In this document: positions 10,055 to 20,489 of the stretch, in pieces | How the letters are laid out: each line of letters begins with the position of its first letter | Numbering within the stretch: position 1 is the stretch's first letter | Origin: Parvibaculaceae bacterium | Lineage (GTDB): Bacteria > Pseudomonadota > Alphaproteobacteria > RS24 | Length of the DNA: 64,000 nucleotides | Assembly: GCA_965219485.1 (NCBI GenBank) | Contig: OZ244774.1 | Span: 503,093-567,092 of the forward strand | Direction of reading: 5' to 3' | Notes under the pieces: generated by a model | Databases searched by the model: none | What the model saw: only the letters and a program-made list of their open reading frames with translations | What the model was told of the DNA's origin: nothing | Position numbers and translations under genes: made by a program

Positions 10055-11489
10055 TCCTCTCTGGAAGGGCTCGCAAGTGATAGCGGCAGTGGCAACGCAT
10101 CTGGTTGGCCAAGACGTGCCGACCGATTGGGTGGCCAATGGCGTGAGTATAGACACGCGTGATTTGAAGCCAGGTGATATTTTCGTGGCTCTGCCGGGAG
10201 AGCATGTCGATGGGCATGCGTATGTCGAGGCGGCTTTTGAAGCTGGCGCCGCGGCAGCTTTTGTGCGGCCAGACTTTGCCAGCGAGAGTTTGCCAGCCAA
10301 AGCGGTTTTGCTACCCGTGTCGGATGTGTTGGCGGCGCTAGAGGCTTTGGGCCGTGCGGCTCGCGAGCGCAGCCAAGCCCATATTATTGCGGTAACGGGC
10401 AGTGTCGGTAAAACCAGCGTCAAAGAAACACTGTCTGCAGCGCTGGCAAAAAGCGGCTCTGTGCATGCGTCCGAGCGTTCGTTCAACAATCATATTGGTG
10501 TGCCTCTCAGTCTGGCACGGCTATCGGCCGAGGCTGATTTTGCGGTGTTTGAACTGGGCATGAACCACGCTGGCGAGCTAACAGATTTGGTGGATATGGT
10601 GCGCCCGCAGTGCGCCATCGTCACAACCATTGGCACGGCGCATATTGAAAACTTCGATAACATGACAGCTCTGGCGCGCGCCAAGGCCGAGATATTCAGT
10701 GGTTTGGTCGAAGGCGGGGTCGCTATTTTGCCTCGCGATAATGCGTATTATGACGAGTTGAAACAAGGCGCGAGCCAGGCCCGCATCATGGATTTCTCTG
10801 CCGAGGGTAACGCGCAAGCGCAAGCCTTTACAGCGCAAGTGAAATTGCACGAAGCCTGCAGCTGTGTGACCGCTCATATTCTGGGACAAGAAGTGATTTA
10901 TAAAATTGGCACACCCGGCGCGCACCATGTCGCCAACAGTCTGGCTGTTTTGGCGGCGGTACAAAATGCAGGGGCTGATTTAGCCCTGGCGGCTTTGTCG
11001 CTGGCAGACAATGAAGGCCTATCGGGGCGCGGTCGGCGTTATGCTATCGGCGATGCCGAGGCTCAAATAACCCTCATCGACGAGAGTTATAACGCCAATC
11101 CAACGTCGATGGCGGCAGCTTTAAATACTTTGGGTCTGGCGCCACGTCTGGGCCGTGGTCGCCGCGTTGCCGTCTTGGGCGATATGGCCGAGCTGGGCAA
11201 AGACGCACCAGCCCTGCACGCGAGCTTGGCAGAAAACATCGAGCAAGCCGATATTGATTTGGTGCTGACCTGTGGAGATTTGATGGTGCATTTGCACAAT
11301 CATCTGCCGCCAGGCCGCACGGGGCCGCATGTCGGCACGACAGACGAAATTATGGAAATTTTACACCGAGATTTACGCGCCAATGATGTGGTGATGGTGA
11401 AGGGCTCCAATTCCAGTGGTATGGGAAAAGTGGTCGACGCCTTGCTGGCAAGTTCTGCGGCACAGATAAAACAGGCGAGGGTCGGATAA
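10047..11489 (+). CDS. murF: UDP-N-acetylmuramoyl-tripeptide--D-alanyl-D-alanine ligase
   Basis: [16 protein letters not shown], the P-loop [19 protein letters not shown] and IDESYNANP, at the expected dcw position. Confidence 0.95.
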   Translation: MANPLWKGSQVIAAVATHLVGQDVPTDWVANGVSIDTRDLKPGDIFVALPGEHVDGHAYVEAAFEAGAAAAFVRPDFASESLPAKAVLLPVSDVLAALEALGRAARERSQAHIIAVTGSVGKTSVKETLSAALAKSGSVHASERSFNNHIGVPLSLARLSAEADFAVFELGMNHAGELTDLVDMVRPQCAIVTTIGTAHIENFDNMTALARAKAEIFSGLVEGGVAILPRDNAYYDELKQGASQARIMDFSAEGNAQAQAFTAQVKLHEACSCVTAHILGQEVIYKIGTPGAHHVANSLAVLAAVQNAGADLALAALSLADNEGLSGRGRRYAIGDAEAQITLIDESYNANPTSMAAALNTLGLAPRLGRGRRVAVLGDMAELGKDAPALHASLAENIEQADIDLVLTCGDLMVHLHNHLPPGRTGPHVGTTDEIMEILHRDLRANDVVMVKGSNSSGMGKVVDALLASSAAQIKQARVG

Positions 11490-12580
11490 TGCTCTATGAA
11501 TTCATGCTCCAGTTTAACGAACAAGTGCCTGGCGCTAATCTGTTCAATTACATTACGTTTCGGGCGGGTGGCGCGGTAATGACCTCTTTGCTCATCACCT
11601 TCTTGCTGGGCCCATGGGTCATTGGTGCGCTGCGCGCGCGTCAAGGCAAAGGTCAGCCGATACGCGAAGATGGCCCGCAATCGCATTTGGTAACTAAAAT
11701 CGGAACCCCAACCATGGGCGGTTTGCTTATCTTATTGGGCGCTTTAGGGTCAACTTTGATTTGGGGAAATTTAACCAATCCATTTTTGTGGATTGTGCTG
11801 CTGACCACAACGGGCTTTGGCATTATTGGTTTTGCCGATGATTATTTAAAACTGCGCGGCGGATCTAGCGCCGGCGTGCCGGGTCGTTTGAAATTAATAT
11901 TTGAATCGATTATTGCTATTTGTACGGTTCTGGCCATTAGCCATTATTTGCCGGAGCCCCTGGCGACCAGTTACGCCATTCCCTTCTTTAAAGATGTGCT
12001 TTTGCCCTTCGGCCTTCCGCTCTATCTTTTTGCGGGCCTGATTGTGATTGTTGGTGCCTCGAACTCAGTCAATCTTACCGATGGCCTAGACGGTTTAGCA
12101 ATTGTGCCAACGATGATTGCGGCGGCCAGTTTTGGCTTTATCGCTTATCTGGTCGGGAATGCGATTTTTGCGAATTACCTGCAAGTCCACTACGTGCCTG
12201 GCACGGGCGAGCTGGCGGTATTTTGCGCCGCGCTCATCGGCTCAGGCTTAGGCTTTCTTTGGTATAATGCGCCGCCGGCCGCCGTTTTCATGGGCGATAC
12301 GGGCTCGCTGGCTTTGGGCGGCGCGCTTGGGTCTATCGCCGTGGCTACCAAACACGAACTGGTTCTGGCCATTATCGGCGGCTTGTTTGTGTTGGAAGCT
12401 GTCTCGGTGATTGTGCAAGTGGCTTCGTTCAAACTAACCGGCAAGCGTGTGTTCGCCATGGCGCCTTTGCATCATCATTTTGAGCAACGCGGCTGGGCAG
12501 AGCCGACAATTGTCATTCGCTTCTGGATTATTTCCGTCATCCTTGCCCTCGTTGGGCTGGCTACGTTGAAGCTGAGGTAG
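11489..12580 (+). CDS. mraY: Phospho-N-acetylmuramoyl-pentapeptide transferase
   Basis: Polytopic membrane protein with Kx[32 protein letters not shown] and APLHHHFE motifs. TAATG overlap with murF. Confidence 0.97.
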   Translation: MLYEFMLQFNEQVPGANLFNYITFRAGGAVMTSLLITFLLGPWVIGALRARQGKGQPIREDGPQSHLVTKIGTPTMGGLLILLGALGSTLIWGNLTNPFLWIVLLTTTGFGIIGFADDYLKLRGGSSAGVPGRLKLIFESIIAICTVLAISHYLPEPLATSYAIPFFKDVLLPFGLPLYLFAGLIVIVGASNSVNLTDGLDGLAIVPTMIAAASFGFIAYLVGNAIFANYLQVHYVPGTGELAVFCAALIGSGLGFLWYNAPPAAVFMGDTGSLALGGALGSIAVATKHELVLAIIGGLFVLEAVSVIVQVASFKLTGKRVFAMAPLHHHFEQRGWAEPTIVIRFWIISVILALVGLATLKLR

Positions 12581-12585
12581 GGTCT

Positions 12586-13983
12586 ATGATGCAGCTTCCC
12601 AAACTCACTGGTGAAACCGCCGTCTTCGGACTGGGCCGCTCAGGCTTGGCTTGTGTGGCGTCGCTAGTGGCTGCGGGAAATCAAGTTGTGGCATGGGATG
12701 ATCGCGCGGAGCCGCGTCAGCAGGCTGAAAAACTCGGGGCCGTTTTGCGAAATTTAACCGATGATTTTGGCAGCCCTGCCCAATTAATTGTAAGCCCTGG
12801 CGTGCCGCTTACCCATCCGGCCCCGCACCCAGTTGTGGCGGCGGCAAAGGCTGTGGCTTGTGCTGTTTTGGGCGATATGGATTTATTCTCCATGGCGCTT
12901 GAGGCGTCGGGTCTGCGCGATAAGGCGACGCTCATCGGCATTACGGGCACCAATGGAAAATCGACGACCACGGCGCTGGTTACTCACATGCTGCAAACGG
13001 CTGGCCTGCCTGTTCATATGGGCGGCAATATCGGCACGCCAGTTCTGCAATTGCCGCTGCCAGACGCGGCGGCGCCAAACACAATTTATGTCCTAGAGTT
13101 ATCTTCCTACCAGCTCGACCTTAACCGCCGGTTGCATTGCGATATGGGTGTGATGTTAAACCTAACGCCAGACCACCTCGATAGGCATGGCGATATGGCG
13201 GGCTATGCGCGGGCCAAAGAAGCTCTTTTTGAGAATGATAAATGCCAATCGCTTCGCGTTATTGGCATGGATGATGCGCCAAGCCGCGAAATGTTTGAGC
13301 GTCACCCGCACGAAAAATGCATTACGATTTCCAGCACGCACACGCAAGGCGATATATATTTTGCCGATGCCAGCTTGCACTATGGTCAAGCCGAGCCTGT
13401 GGTTTTGCAAGATTGCCTTGCCTTGCGCGGCGCCCACAATGGGCAGAACGCAGCTGCTGCAATGGCTATTGGATTGGGCTTGGGAATAAGCGCCGATGTC
13501 ATGGCTGCCAGTTTTAAGAGCTTTGCTGGCATGTCGCATCGCTTGCAACCGATCGCGCGCCATGGGGCCCTAACTTTTGTGAACGACAGCAAAGCCACCA
13601 ACGCCGAGGCGACACGCCATGCTTTGGCAGCCTTTGATAATATTTATTGGATTGCAGGTGGCGTCGCCAAAGCGGGCGGCCTCTCGAGTTTGGAAACCCA
13701 ATTCAGCAATGTCCGCGCGGCCTTCCTCATCGGCGAAGCGGCGGATGGGTTTGCTCAAAGTTTGTCTGGAAAAATACCGGTTGAGATATCGTACACGATG
13801 GATAAGGCGCTTACCCAAGCAGCCAATCAAGCGCAAGCCGATGCCCTTGCCCATGCCACAATTTTACTATCGCCGGCCTGCGCGTCCTTTGACCAGTTCG
13901 AAGATTTCGAAGCGCGCGGGGTCGCCTTTCAAGCCGCTGTGGCTAGCTGGGTGAGCGCGCAAGAAGCAGGGGGTGCCGCATGA
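12586..13983 (+). CDS. murD: UDP-N-acetylmuramoylalanine--D-glutamate ligase
   Basis: GLGRSG Rossmann start, Mur ligase P-loop GITGTNGKSTT, NLTPDHLDRH and NDSKATN. Confidence 0.95.
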   Translation: MMQLPKLTGETAVFGLGRSGLACVASLVAAGNQVVAWDDRAEPRQQAEKLGAVLRNLTDDFGSPAQLIVSPGVPLTHPAPHPVVAAAKAVACAVLGDMDLFSMALEASGLRDKATLIGITGTNGKSTTTALVTHMLQTAGLPVHMGGNIGTPVLQLPLPDAAAPNTIYVLELSSYQLDLNRRLHCDMGVMLNLTPDHLDRHGDMAGYARAKEALFENDKCQSLRVIGMDDAPSREMFERHPHEKCITISSTHTQGDIYFADASLHYGQAEPVVLQDCLALRGAHNGQNAAAAMAIGLGLGISADVMAASFKSFAGMSHRLQPIARHGALTFVNDSKATNAEATRHALAAFDNIYWIAGGVAKAGGLSSLETQFSNVRAAFLIGEAADGFAQSLSGKIPVEISYTMDKALTQAANQAQADALAHATILLSPACASFDQFEDFEARGVAFQAAVASWVSAQEAGGAA

Positions 13984-15155
13984 GCCGTATGTTCGCTCGC
14001 ACCAATCGTAGCCCGCTGTCGCAGTGGTGGTGGACCGTCGACCGCCCAATGGTCTTAGGTGTCATGGCGCTCATCGGTCTTGGGTATCTCATGGCCTTTG
14101 CGGCCAGTCCGGCGGTGGCGCAGACCATCGGTAAATCGATTTATTATTTTGCCAATAAGCAATTCGCTTTCCTTTCGCTGGCGGGCTGTGTGTTTATTGG
14201 CGTGTCGATGCTGTCGCCCAAAGCGATTAAATATTTCGCGCTTCTTTTGTTGGTGGGCGCACTCGGCGGCGTCATCGCCACGCTATTTTTCGGCGTCACT
14301 GTAAAGGGTGCCAGTCGGTGGTTGTTAATCGGTGGCTTGTCTGTGCAGCCGTCAGAAGTTTTAAAACCTGCTTTCGTGGTGGTTACCGCTTGGCTATTTG
14401 CCCGTCAAAGAGCCAAATTCGTGGCCTATGATATGTGGCTGGCGGTGGCGCTATTGCTGGGCACCTGCGTTCTATTGGCCATGCAGCCAGACTTTGGTCA
14501 GACTATCTTGCTGGGTCTGGTGTGGATGTGTCTTTTCTTTCTTTCGGGTGGCTCAATGAAATTAATCGGTGCCATGGCAGGTCTTGGCCTATTGGCAGGC
14601 ACATATGTTTATTCAACTTATGGCTACTTCCAAAGTCGTATCGATCGTTTCCTCGACCCATCGACGGGTGACACTTACCAGGTAGATAAAGCCATGGATG
14701 CCATTCGCTCGGGCGGCATTACCGGCGTTGGGCCGGGCGATGGCCGCGTGAAATCTATCTTGCCAGACGCCCATGCCGATTATGTGTTTGCCGTGGCGGC
14801 GGAAGAAGGCGGCTTGATTATTGGTTGCTTCATTGTTTTCACTTTTGCCTTTTTGGTCTGGCGCGCGCTTTGGGCCTTGCGTGAGGAACGTGAGCATTGG
14901 GTGCAATTGGCCGCTTCTGGGCTTATTTGCTTATTCGGTCTGCAAGCGATTATCAATTTGGCAGTTAATCTTAATCTCATGCCTTCCAAGGGCATGACCT
15001 TGCCTTTCATTTCTTATGGCGGCTCTTCGCTTCTTGCGTCAGCTATTACCATGGGCATGTTGGTGGGGTTAATGCGCCGTCGGGCCAGTTCAGATATGCG
15101 CCTTCGCACTTTGCCAGCAAGTGGCATCCACCTCATTGCGGGAGGTCGCACATGA
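13980..15155 (+). CDS. ftsW: Peptidoglycan glycosyltransferase FtsW (SEDS family)
   Basis: About 10 TM segments, SEDS motifs (QPSEVLKP, PDFGQ, HADYVFA, LPFISYGGSS), at the expected dcw position. Confidence 0.95.
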   Translation: MSRMFARTNRSPLSQWWWTVDRPMVLGVMALIGLGYLMAFAASPAVAQTIGKSIYYFANKQFAFLSLAGCVFIGVSMLSPKAIKYFALLLLVGALGGVIATLFFGVTVKGASRWLLIGGLSVQPSEVLKPAFVVVTAWLFARQRAKFVAYDMWLAVALLLGTCVLLAMQPDFGQTILLGLVWMCLFFLSGGSMKLIGAMAGLGLLAGTYVYSTYGYFQSRIDRFLDPSTGDTYQVDKAMDAIRSGGITGVGPGDGRVKSILPDAHADYVFAVAAEEGGLIIGCFIVFTFAFLVWRALWALREEREHWVQLAASGLICLFGLQAIINLAVNLNLMPSKGMTLPFISYGGSSLLASAITMGMLVGLMRRRASSDMRLRTLPASGIHLIAGGRT

Positions 15156-16330
15156 ATAAATCATCCCCTCAAAAACCGATTGCTTTGCTCGCGGCTGGCG
15201 GCACAGGGGGGCATATGTTCCCCGCCAGTGTATTGGCCGAGCAATTGAAAGCGTCGGGCTATGAGGTGCATCTGGCGACCGATGCGCGCGGCCTTGTTTA
15301 TCTGCCGCAATTGACGCAAATGCATCACCATAAGTTACCGGCCGCCACCGTGTTCAACGGCGGTATTATCGCGCTGCCGTTTCGTTTTCTCACTTTGATG
15401 ATATCCATTTTTTCGTCTTTATACTTGGTTCGTCGGTTGAAGCCGAAAGTGGTTGTGGGCTTTGGAGGCTACCCCTCTTTTGGGCCTGTCATGGCCGCCA
15501 TTTGGTCTGGGTTACCGGTTTTGGTGCATGAACAAAATGCTGTTCTGGGTCGGGTCAATCGTCTGGCCGCTCGCTGGGGTGCATCGGTGGCGACAAGTTA
15601 CGGTCAGACCCAAAAAGTGCCTGCCAATGCGTCTGAGCGCTTGCGCCGTACAGGCAACCCTTTGCGGGCCGCGGTGTTGAATGCGGCCGAAAATAGCTAC
15701 ATGGAACCCGGTAAATCAGGTGTTTTCGAGCTTTTGGTATTCGGTGGTAGCCAGGGTGCCAGCGTGTTTTCCGCCGTGCTACCCCAAGCGGTAGAAAAAC
15801 TATCAAAGAGCCTGCAAAATCGTCTGCGGATTGTTCATCAAGTCCGCAAAGCCGACATGCAAGAGACTTTAGAGGCTTATGGAAAGCTAGCTGTCCATGC
15901 TGAGTTGCGCGAATTCTTCCCCGATTTGCCAGCCCGTATGCGGCGTGCCCATATGGTGATTTCACGTGGTGGCGCCTCAACGGTTGCCGAGCTTGCCGCG
16001 CTTGGCACGCCTTCTTTACTTGTGCCGCTACCCGGCTCGCTAGACCAAGACCAAGCGATGAACGGCTTAGAGCTATGTGAAATGGGCGGGGCTTTAATGA
16101 CGCGTCAGCCTGAGTTCACGCCAGACTATTTAGCCGAAATATTGACCCAATGGATGGATGACCCAGAAGCCCTAAGTGGCGTGTCGCGCCAGGCTTCGGC
16201 TTTTGGGGAGCTAGATGCAGCCGGTCGCTTAACGCGTTACGCGCAATGCCTCGCTTCTGGTATGCCCGTTCAAATCGATCTGCCAAGCTCCAGCAGCACC
16301 CAAGCTCAGCAGGAGGCCAGCCATGGATAG
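15152..16330 (+). CDS. murG: UDP-N-acetylglucosamine--N-acetylmuramyl-(pentapeptide) pyrophosphoryl-undecaprenol GlcNAc transferase
   Basis: AAGGTGGHMFPA at the N-terminus, GGYPS, HEQN, ISRGGASTVAEL and QDQAMN motifs. Confidence 0.95.
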   Translation: MNKSSPQKPIALLAAGGTGGHMFPASVLAEQLKASGYEVHLATDARGLVYLPQLTQMHHHKLPAATVFNGGIIALPFRFLTLMISIFSSLYLVRRLKPKVVVGFGGYPSFGPVMAAIWSGLPVLVHEQNAVLGRVNRLAARWGASVATSYGQTQKVPANASERLRRTGNPLRAAVLNAAENSYMEPGKSGVFELLVFGGSQGASVFSAVLPQAVEKLSKSLQNRLRIVHQVRKADMQETLEAYGKLAVHAELREFFPDLPARMRRAHMVISRGGASTVAELAALGTPSLLVPLPGSLDQDQAMNGLELCEMGGALMTRQPEFTPDYLAEILTQWMDDPEALSGVSRQASAFGELDAAGRLTRYAQCLASGMPVQIDLPSSSSTQAQQEASHG

Positions 16331-17750
16331 ACCTATGTCTTTACCTGCGGGTCTGCGCCCCTTTGGCCGTGTGCATATTGTCGGTATCGGCGGCATCGGC
16401 ATGAGCGGCATTGCTGAAGTGATGCATCTTATGGGCTATGAGGTGCAGGGTAGCGATATGGGCTCCAATGCTAATACCGAACGCCTCGCCGCCATGGGCA
16501 TTAAAATTATGCAGGGCCACGCAGCCGCCCATGTTGAAAAGGCCGGCGTCGTGACCATTTCATCTGCCGTGCCTGACGATAATCCTGAAGTGCAAGCTGC
16601 GCGGGCCGCCCATATTCCTGTTGTGCGCCGCGCCGAGATGTTGGCTGAGCTGATGCGCCTGAAGCCTTGCATCACGATTGCTGGCACGCATGGCAAAACC
16701 ACCACCACCTCTTTAACGGCAGCTCTTCTCGATGCCGCCTCGCTGGATCCAACGGTAATGAACGGTGGCATTATAAATGCCTATGGCACCAATGCGCGCC
16801 TTGGCCAAGGCGAGTGGATGGTGGTAGAGGCCGATGAGAGCGATGGCACTTTCGTACGCCTGCCGACGACCATTGCCATTGTCACCAATATTGACCCCGA
16901 GCATCTGGAGCATTACGGCGACTTCGATGGCTTACGGGCCGCCTTCGATCGCTATATTCAAAACATTCCTTTTTACGGGGTCGGCATTGTGTGCCTTGAC
17001 CATCCTGAGGTGCAAAGCCTCGTCGGCCGTGTGACCGACCGCCGCCTGATTACGTATGGTCTGGGCGAGCAAGCCGATGTCCGCGCGGTCGATATTCGCG
17101 AAGACGGCCTAACCCAATATTTCGATGTGCTATGGCGCGACCGGCGCAGCGATACGCAAAAACATTTGCGTGACTTGTCTTTGCCAATGGCCGGTAAACA
17201 TAATTTGCAAAACGCCTTGGCCGCCATTGCCGCCGCCATAGAAGTGGGTAGTGATGAGGGGAGCATTCGCAAAGGCTTGGCCGGGTTTGGCGGGGTGAAA
17301 CGCCGCTTCACACCGGTTGCCACGCTCGATAAGAACATCCGCCTTTTCGACGATTACGCCCATCATCCTGTAGAGATTGAAGCGGTTCTGGAAAGCGCAC
17401 GTGCGGTCAGCAAAGGCCGTGTGATTGCGGTTATGCAGCCGCATCGCTATAGCCGCTTACGAGATTTATTCGAAGGCTTTTGCTCCAGCATGAACGGTGC
17501 CGATACGGTTTTGGTCACGCCTGTGTTTGAAGCTGGAGAGGCGCCGATTGATGGCTTTCATAGTGCCGCATTGGTGCAAGGCTTGCGCGCACATGGCCAC
17601 CGCCACGCTATCCACGTCGAGACCAATGATAAATTGACCGATAATTTAGCCAAAGAAATCCAAGCCGAAGATGTTGTGATTTTCATGGGCGCAGGCTCCA
17701 TCTCATCCATGGCCTATGCGACGGCCGAAAAACTAGGAGGCAAAATCTAA
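16323..17750 (+). CDS. murC: UDP-N-acetylmuramate--L-alanine ligase
   Basis: HIVGIGGIGMSGIAE, P-loop AGTHGKTTTTS, NIDPEHLEHY and DDYAHHP. Confidence 0.95.
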   Translation: MDRPMSLPAGLRPFGRVHIVGIGGIGMSGIAEVMHLMGYEVQGSDMGSNANTERLAAMGIKIMQGHAAAHVEKAGVVTISSAVPDDNPEVQAARAAHIPVVRRAEMLAELMRLKPCITIAGTHGKTTTTSLTAALLDAASLDPTVMNGGIINAYGTNARLGQGEWMVVEADESDGTFVRLPTTIAIVTNIDPEHLEHYGDFDGLRAAFDRYIQNIPFYGVGIVCLDHPEVQSLVGRVTDRRLITYGLGEQADVRAVDIREDGLTQYFDVLWRDRRSDTQKHLRDLSLPMAGKHNLQNALAAIAAAIEVGSDEGSIRKGLAGFGGVKRRFTPVATLDKNIRLFDDYAHHPVEIEAVLESARAVSKGRVIAVMQPHRYSRLRDLFEGFCSSMNGADTVLVTPVFEAGEAPIDGFHSAALVQGLRAHGHRHAIHVETNDKLTDNLAKEIQAEDVVIFMGAGSISSMAYATAEKLGGKI

Positions 17751-18682
17751 TGCAAAGCCTCCAAACCCAGATGCAAGATTGGCCCCTGCCAGAAGTGCGT
17801 GGCAAGTATCTGCGCGATGTGGCGTTGGCTGATTTGTGTTGGTTCCGTGTTGGAGGCACGGCGGATGTCGTGTTTATGCCGGCTGACGCTGACGATCTAT
17901 CGGTGTTTTTGGCCGAGCTATCGCATGACGTGCCACTGCATATTTTGGGCGCAGGCTCCAACACATTGGTACGAGACGGCGGCGTGCGCGGTGTGGTGCT
18001 TCGTCTTGGCGCGGCCTTTGGCCAAGTTAAGCCAATCTCAGACACACAAATTTCAGCCGGTGCGGCCACTTTGGATGTGAAGCTGGCGCGTGCCGCGGCC
18101 GACTTATCATTGTCTGGCTTAGAGTTTTATCGCGGCATTCCAGGCGCTATTGGCGGCGCGATTGCTATGAACGCAGGCGCCTATGGCGGCGAGACCAGCG
18201 ATGTTTTGGTCGAGGTGGAAGCCTTGGATAGAGCTGGCAAGACGCATGTCTTCTCCGCCGCTGACTTGCAATTAAGCTATCGCCATAACGGCTACTCAGA
18301 ATTTTTGGTCTACACAGGCGCGCGCTTTGAAGCGACCCCCGGCGACCAGCCAACGATTATGGCCGCGATGGATGAAATTTCTGCAAAACGCGAAGCAACT
18401 CAGCCGATAAAATCGCGCACGGGCGGCTCGACTTTCAAAAATCCAGGCGGTGCCAACCCGCAAGGCCCTAAGGCATGGAAGCTCATCGATGCTGCTGGCG
18501 CCCGTGGCTTGCAAGTTGGCGATGCGCAAATGTCTGAGTTGCATTGCAACTTTATGATCAATCATGGCCAGGCCAGCGCCGCCGATTTGGAAACTTTGGG
18601 CGAGCAAGTTCGTGCCCTCGTAGCGCAAACTAGCGGCGAAGATTTGCACTGGGAAATCAAACGCATCGGGGAGGCTGTATGA
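17750..18682 (+). CDS. murB: UDP-N-acetylenolpyruvoylglucosamine reductase
   Basis: FAD-binding domain (FRVGGTAD, ILGAGSN), GIPGAIGGAIAMNAGAYG, and the catalytic region GSTFKNP. Confidence 0.95.
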   Translation: MQSLQTQMQDWPLPEVRGKYLRDVALADLCWFRVGGTADVVFMPADADDLSVFLAELSHDVPLHILGAGSNTLVRDGGVRGVVLRLGAAFGQVKPISDTQISAGAATLDVKLARAAADLSLSGLEFYRGIPGAIGGAIAMNAGAYGGETSDVLVEVEALDRAGKTHVFSAADLQLSYRHNGYSEFLVYTGARFEATPGDQPTIMAAMDEISAKREATQPIKSRTGGSTFKNPGGANPQGPKAWKLIDAAGARGLQVGDAQMSELHCNFMINHGQASAADLETLGEQVRALVAQTSGEDLHWEIKRIGEAV

Positions 18683-19593
18683 GCGACGCAAAACATATCG
18701 GCGTTTTGATGGGTGGCTGGTCTCCTGAACGCGAGGTTAGCTTAATTTCCGGCGCGCAATGCGCGGCCGCTTTGCGCGAGCTTGGCTACCGCGTCACCGA
18801 AATAGATGCCACCCGCGCGCTCGACCAACAATTGGCCGAAGTAAAACCAGATATCTGCTTCAACGCGCTGCACGGTGTCGGGGGCGAAGATGGCGAAGTG
18901 CAGGGACTATTAGAGGTCTTGCAAATTCCCTATACCCACTCTGGCGTCCGCGCCTCGGCTTTGGCGATGGATAAGCATTTGTCCAAACAAATATTTGCCG
19001 CCATGGATCTGCCTATCGCCGCCTCTATTTTGGTCGAAAAGGGCCGCGTGCAAGGGCATCCTATGCAGCCGCCTTATGTTGTAAAGCCGGTTAATCAAGG
19101 CTCTAGCGTGGGAATTGAGATTGTGGTCGACGACTCGGATGCGGTGCCCGATTGCTTAACCGAAGCGGGGTGGGCTTTCGACGGCATGGCCATGGTGGAG
19201 GCCTATGTGGCGGGGCGCGAATTAACTTGTGCCGTCATGGGTGGGCAAGGCCTCGACGTGATGGAAATTGTGCCGAGCAATGGCTGGTATGATTATCGCG
19301 CTAAATATGAAGAGGGCGGATCCCGCCATGATTTGCCAGCCGATATCCCCGATGCTTTGGCGAGCCAAATTCAAGAGATAAGTCTAGCCGCGCACATCGC
19401 CCTTGGTTGTCGCGGGATTAGCCGAGCCGACTTCCGCTTCGATGCGGACAAGAACCAACTTGCCCTTTTAGAAATTAACACCCAACCCGGCATGACGCCG
19501 CTCTCTTTGGTACCAGAAATGGCCGCTCATAGAGGCATAAGCTTTGCCGATTTAGTTCAATGGATTGTGGAGGATGCCTCATGCCAGCGGTAA
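18679..19593 (+). CDS. ddl: D-alanine--D-alanine ligase
   Basis: VLMGGWSPEREVSLISG, FNALHGVGGEDG, VKPVNQGSSVG and EINTQPGMT (ATP-grasp Ddl motifs). Confidence 0.95.
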   Translation: MSDAKHIGVLMGGWSPEREVSLISGAQCAAALRELGYRVTEIDATRALDQQLAEVKPDICFNALHGVGGEDGEVQGLLEVLQIPYTHSGVRASALAMDKHLSKQIFAAMDLPIAASILVEKGRVQGHPMQPPYVVKPVNQGSSVGIEIVVDDSDAVPDCLTEAGWAFDGMAMVEAYVAGRELTCAVMGGQGLDVMEIVPSNGWYDYRAKYEEGGSRHDLPADIPDALASQIQEISLAAHIALGCRGISRADFRFDADKNQLALLEINTQPGMTPLSLVPEMAAHRGISFADLVQWIVEDASCQR

Positions 19594-20489
19594 AACAAAC
19601 GAAACCACCTAAGCCGAGCTTAAAAAATCGTATCAGCGATACCCTTATCTCCATTCTGGTTACTCCGCTGAACCTTATGGCCATTGGCTTGCGGGTTTTA
19701 TGGTCGGGCCGCAAACTTCGGTTGGCCAGTTTGGCGCTGGTTTGCGCGGCTGTTGTGGCCAGTGTTTTCCGTTTTGATATGCTTACCCCCGCCGCTGAAA
19801 TAGTGCGCGAGAAAACCCATGCGGTCACCAGAGCCATGGGCTTTGAAATTAATGATATTACCGTGGAAGGCAGAAAGCGGACGCAAGCCGCAGACCTTTT
19901 GAGCGCCATTGATGCGCAACAAGGTGGCGCTATTTTTGCCCTCGACCTCGACGAAATGCATGCCCGCATTGAAGCTCTGCCTTGGGTCAAACAAGCGGTT
20001 GTTCTGCGGCGCTTGCCCAATATTCTGCACGTGAAGCTAACGGAGCGCGAGCCTTTTGCGCTGTATCAAGATGACCGTCACAAGTCGCTGATTGATAGAA
20101 ATGGTGTGGCGATTACGCGCCAGCATTTGCGCGCCTTTGAGCACTTGCCGACTTTCTCTGGCGAGGGGTCTACGTTGCGGGCCAGTGATTTGATGGATCA
20201 ATTGAAAGCCTATCCGGTGCTGCGCAATCGGATGGTGGCAGCCCATTGGACGGGAGGGCGCCGCTGGACGGTTCGCCTCGACCATGGCGGCAAAGTGTTG
20301 TTGCCAGAGGGCAATATTGAAGGCGCCTTAAACCGCCTCATGCAATTGGAAAAAGATCGCCGCATTCTGGCGGTTGAAAACCAAGCCATTGATTTGCGCT
20401 TGCCGGATCGGGTTCTCTTGCGTCCCGAGTCGAAACGCTCTAGCAAAACTCTGCCCCCCAAAGCCAATAGTGCAAAGGTGACTTCGTGA
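19560..20489 (+). CDS. ftsQ: Cell division protein FtsQ
   Basis: Basic N-terminus, a single TM (LASLALVCAAVVASVF), and POTRA-like and FtsQ beta domains (VTVEGRKRT, LPWVKQAVVLRRLPNILHVKLTEREP). An alternative start lies at ATG 19581. Confidence 0.85.
   Translation: MDCGGCLMPAVKQTKPPKPSLKNRISDTLISILVTPLNLMAIGLRVLWSGRKLRLASLALVCAAVVASVFRFDMLTPAAEIVREKTHAVTRAMGFEINDITVEGRKRTQAADLLSAIDAQQGGAIFALDLDEMHARIEALPWVKQAVVLRRLPNILHVKLTEREPFALYQDDRHKSLIDRNGVAITRQHLRAFEHLPTFSGEGSTLRASDLMDQLKAYPVLRNRMVAAHWTGGRRWTVRLDHGGKVLLPEGNIEGALNRLMQLEKDRRILAVENQAIDLRLPDRVLLRPESKRSSKTLPPKANSAKVTS

Noticed and set aside
9539-10489. 316-aa minus-strand ORF spanning the murE/murF junction
   Set aside because: It is antisense to two unambiguous Mur ligase genes and its composition is Ala/Arg/Ser-rich low complexity. 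It shows no start context or motif. The same reasoning applies to the other antisense ORFs in the dcw cluster, such as 22094-22945 and 21946-22467 opposite ftsZ.
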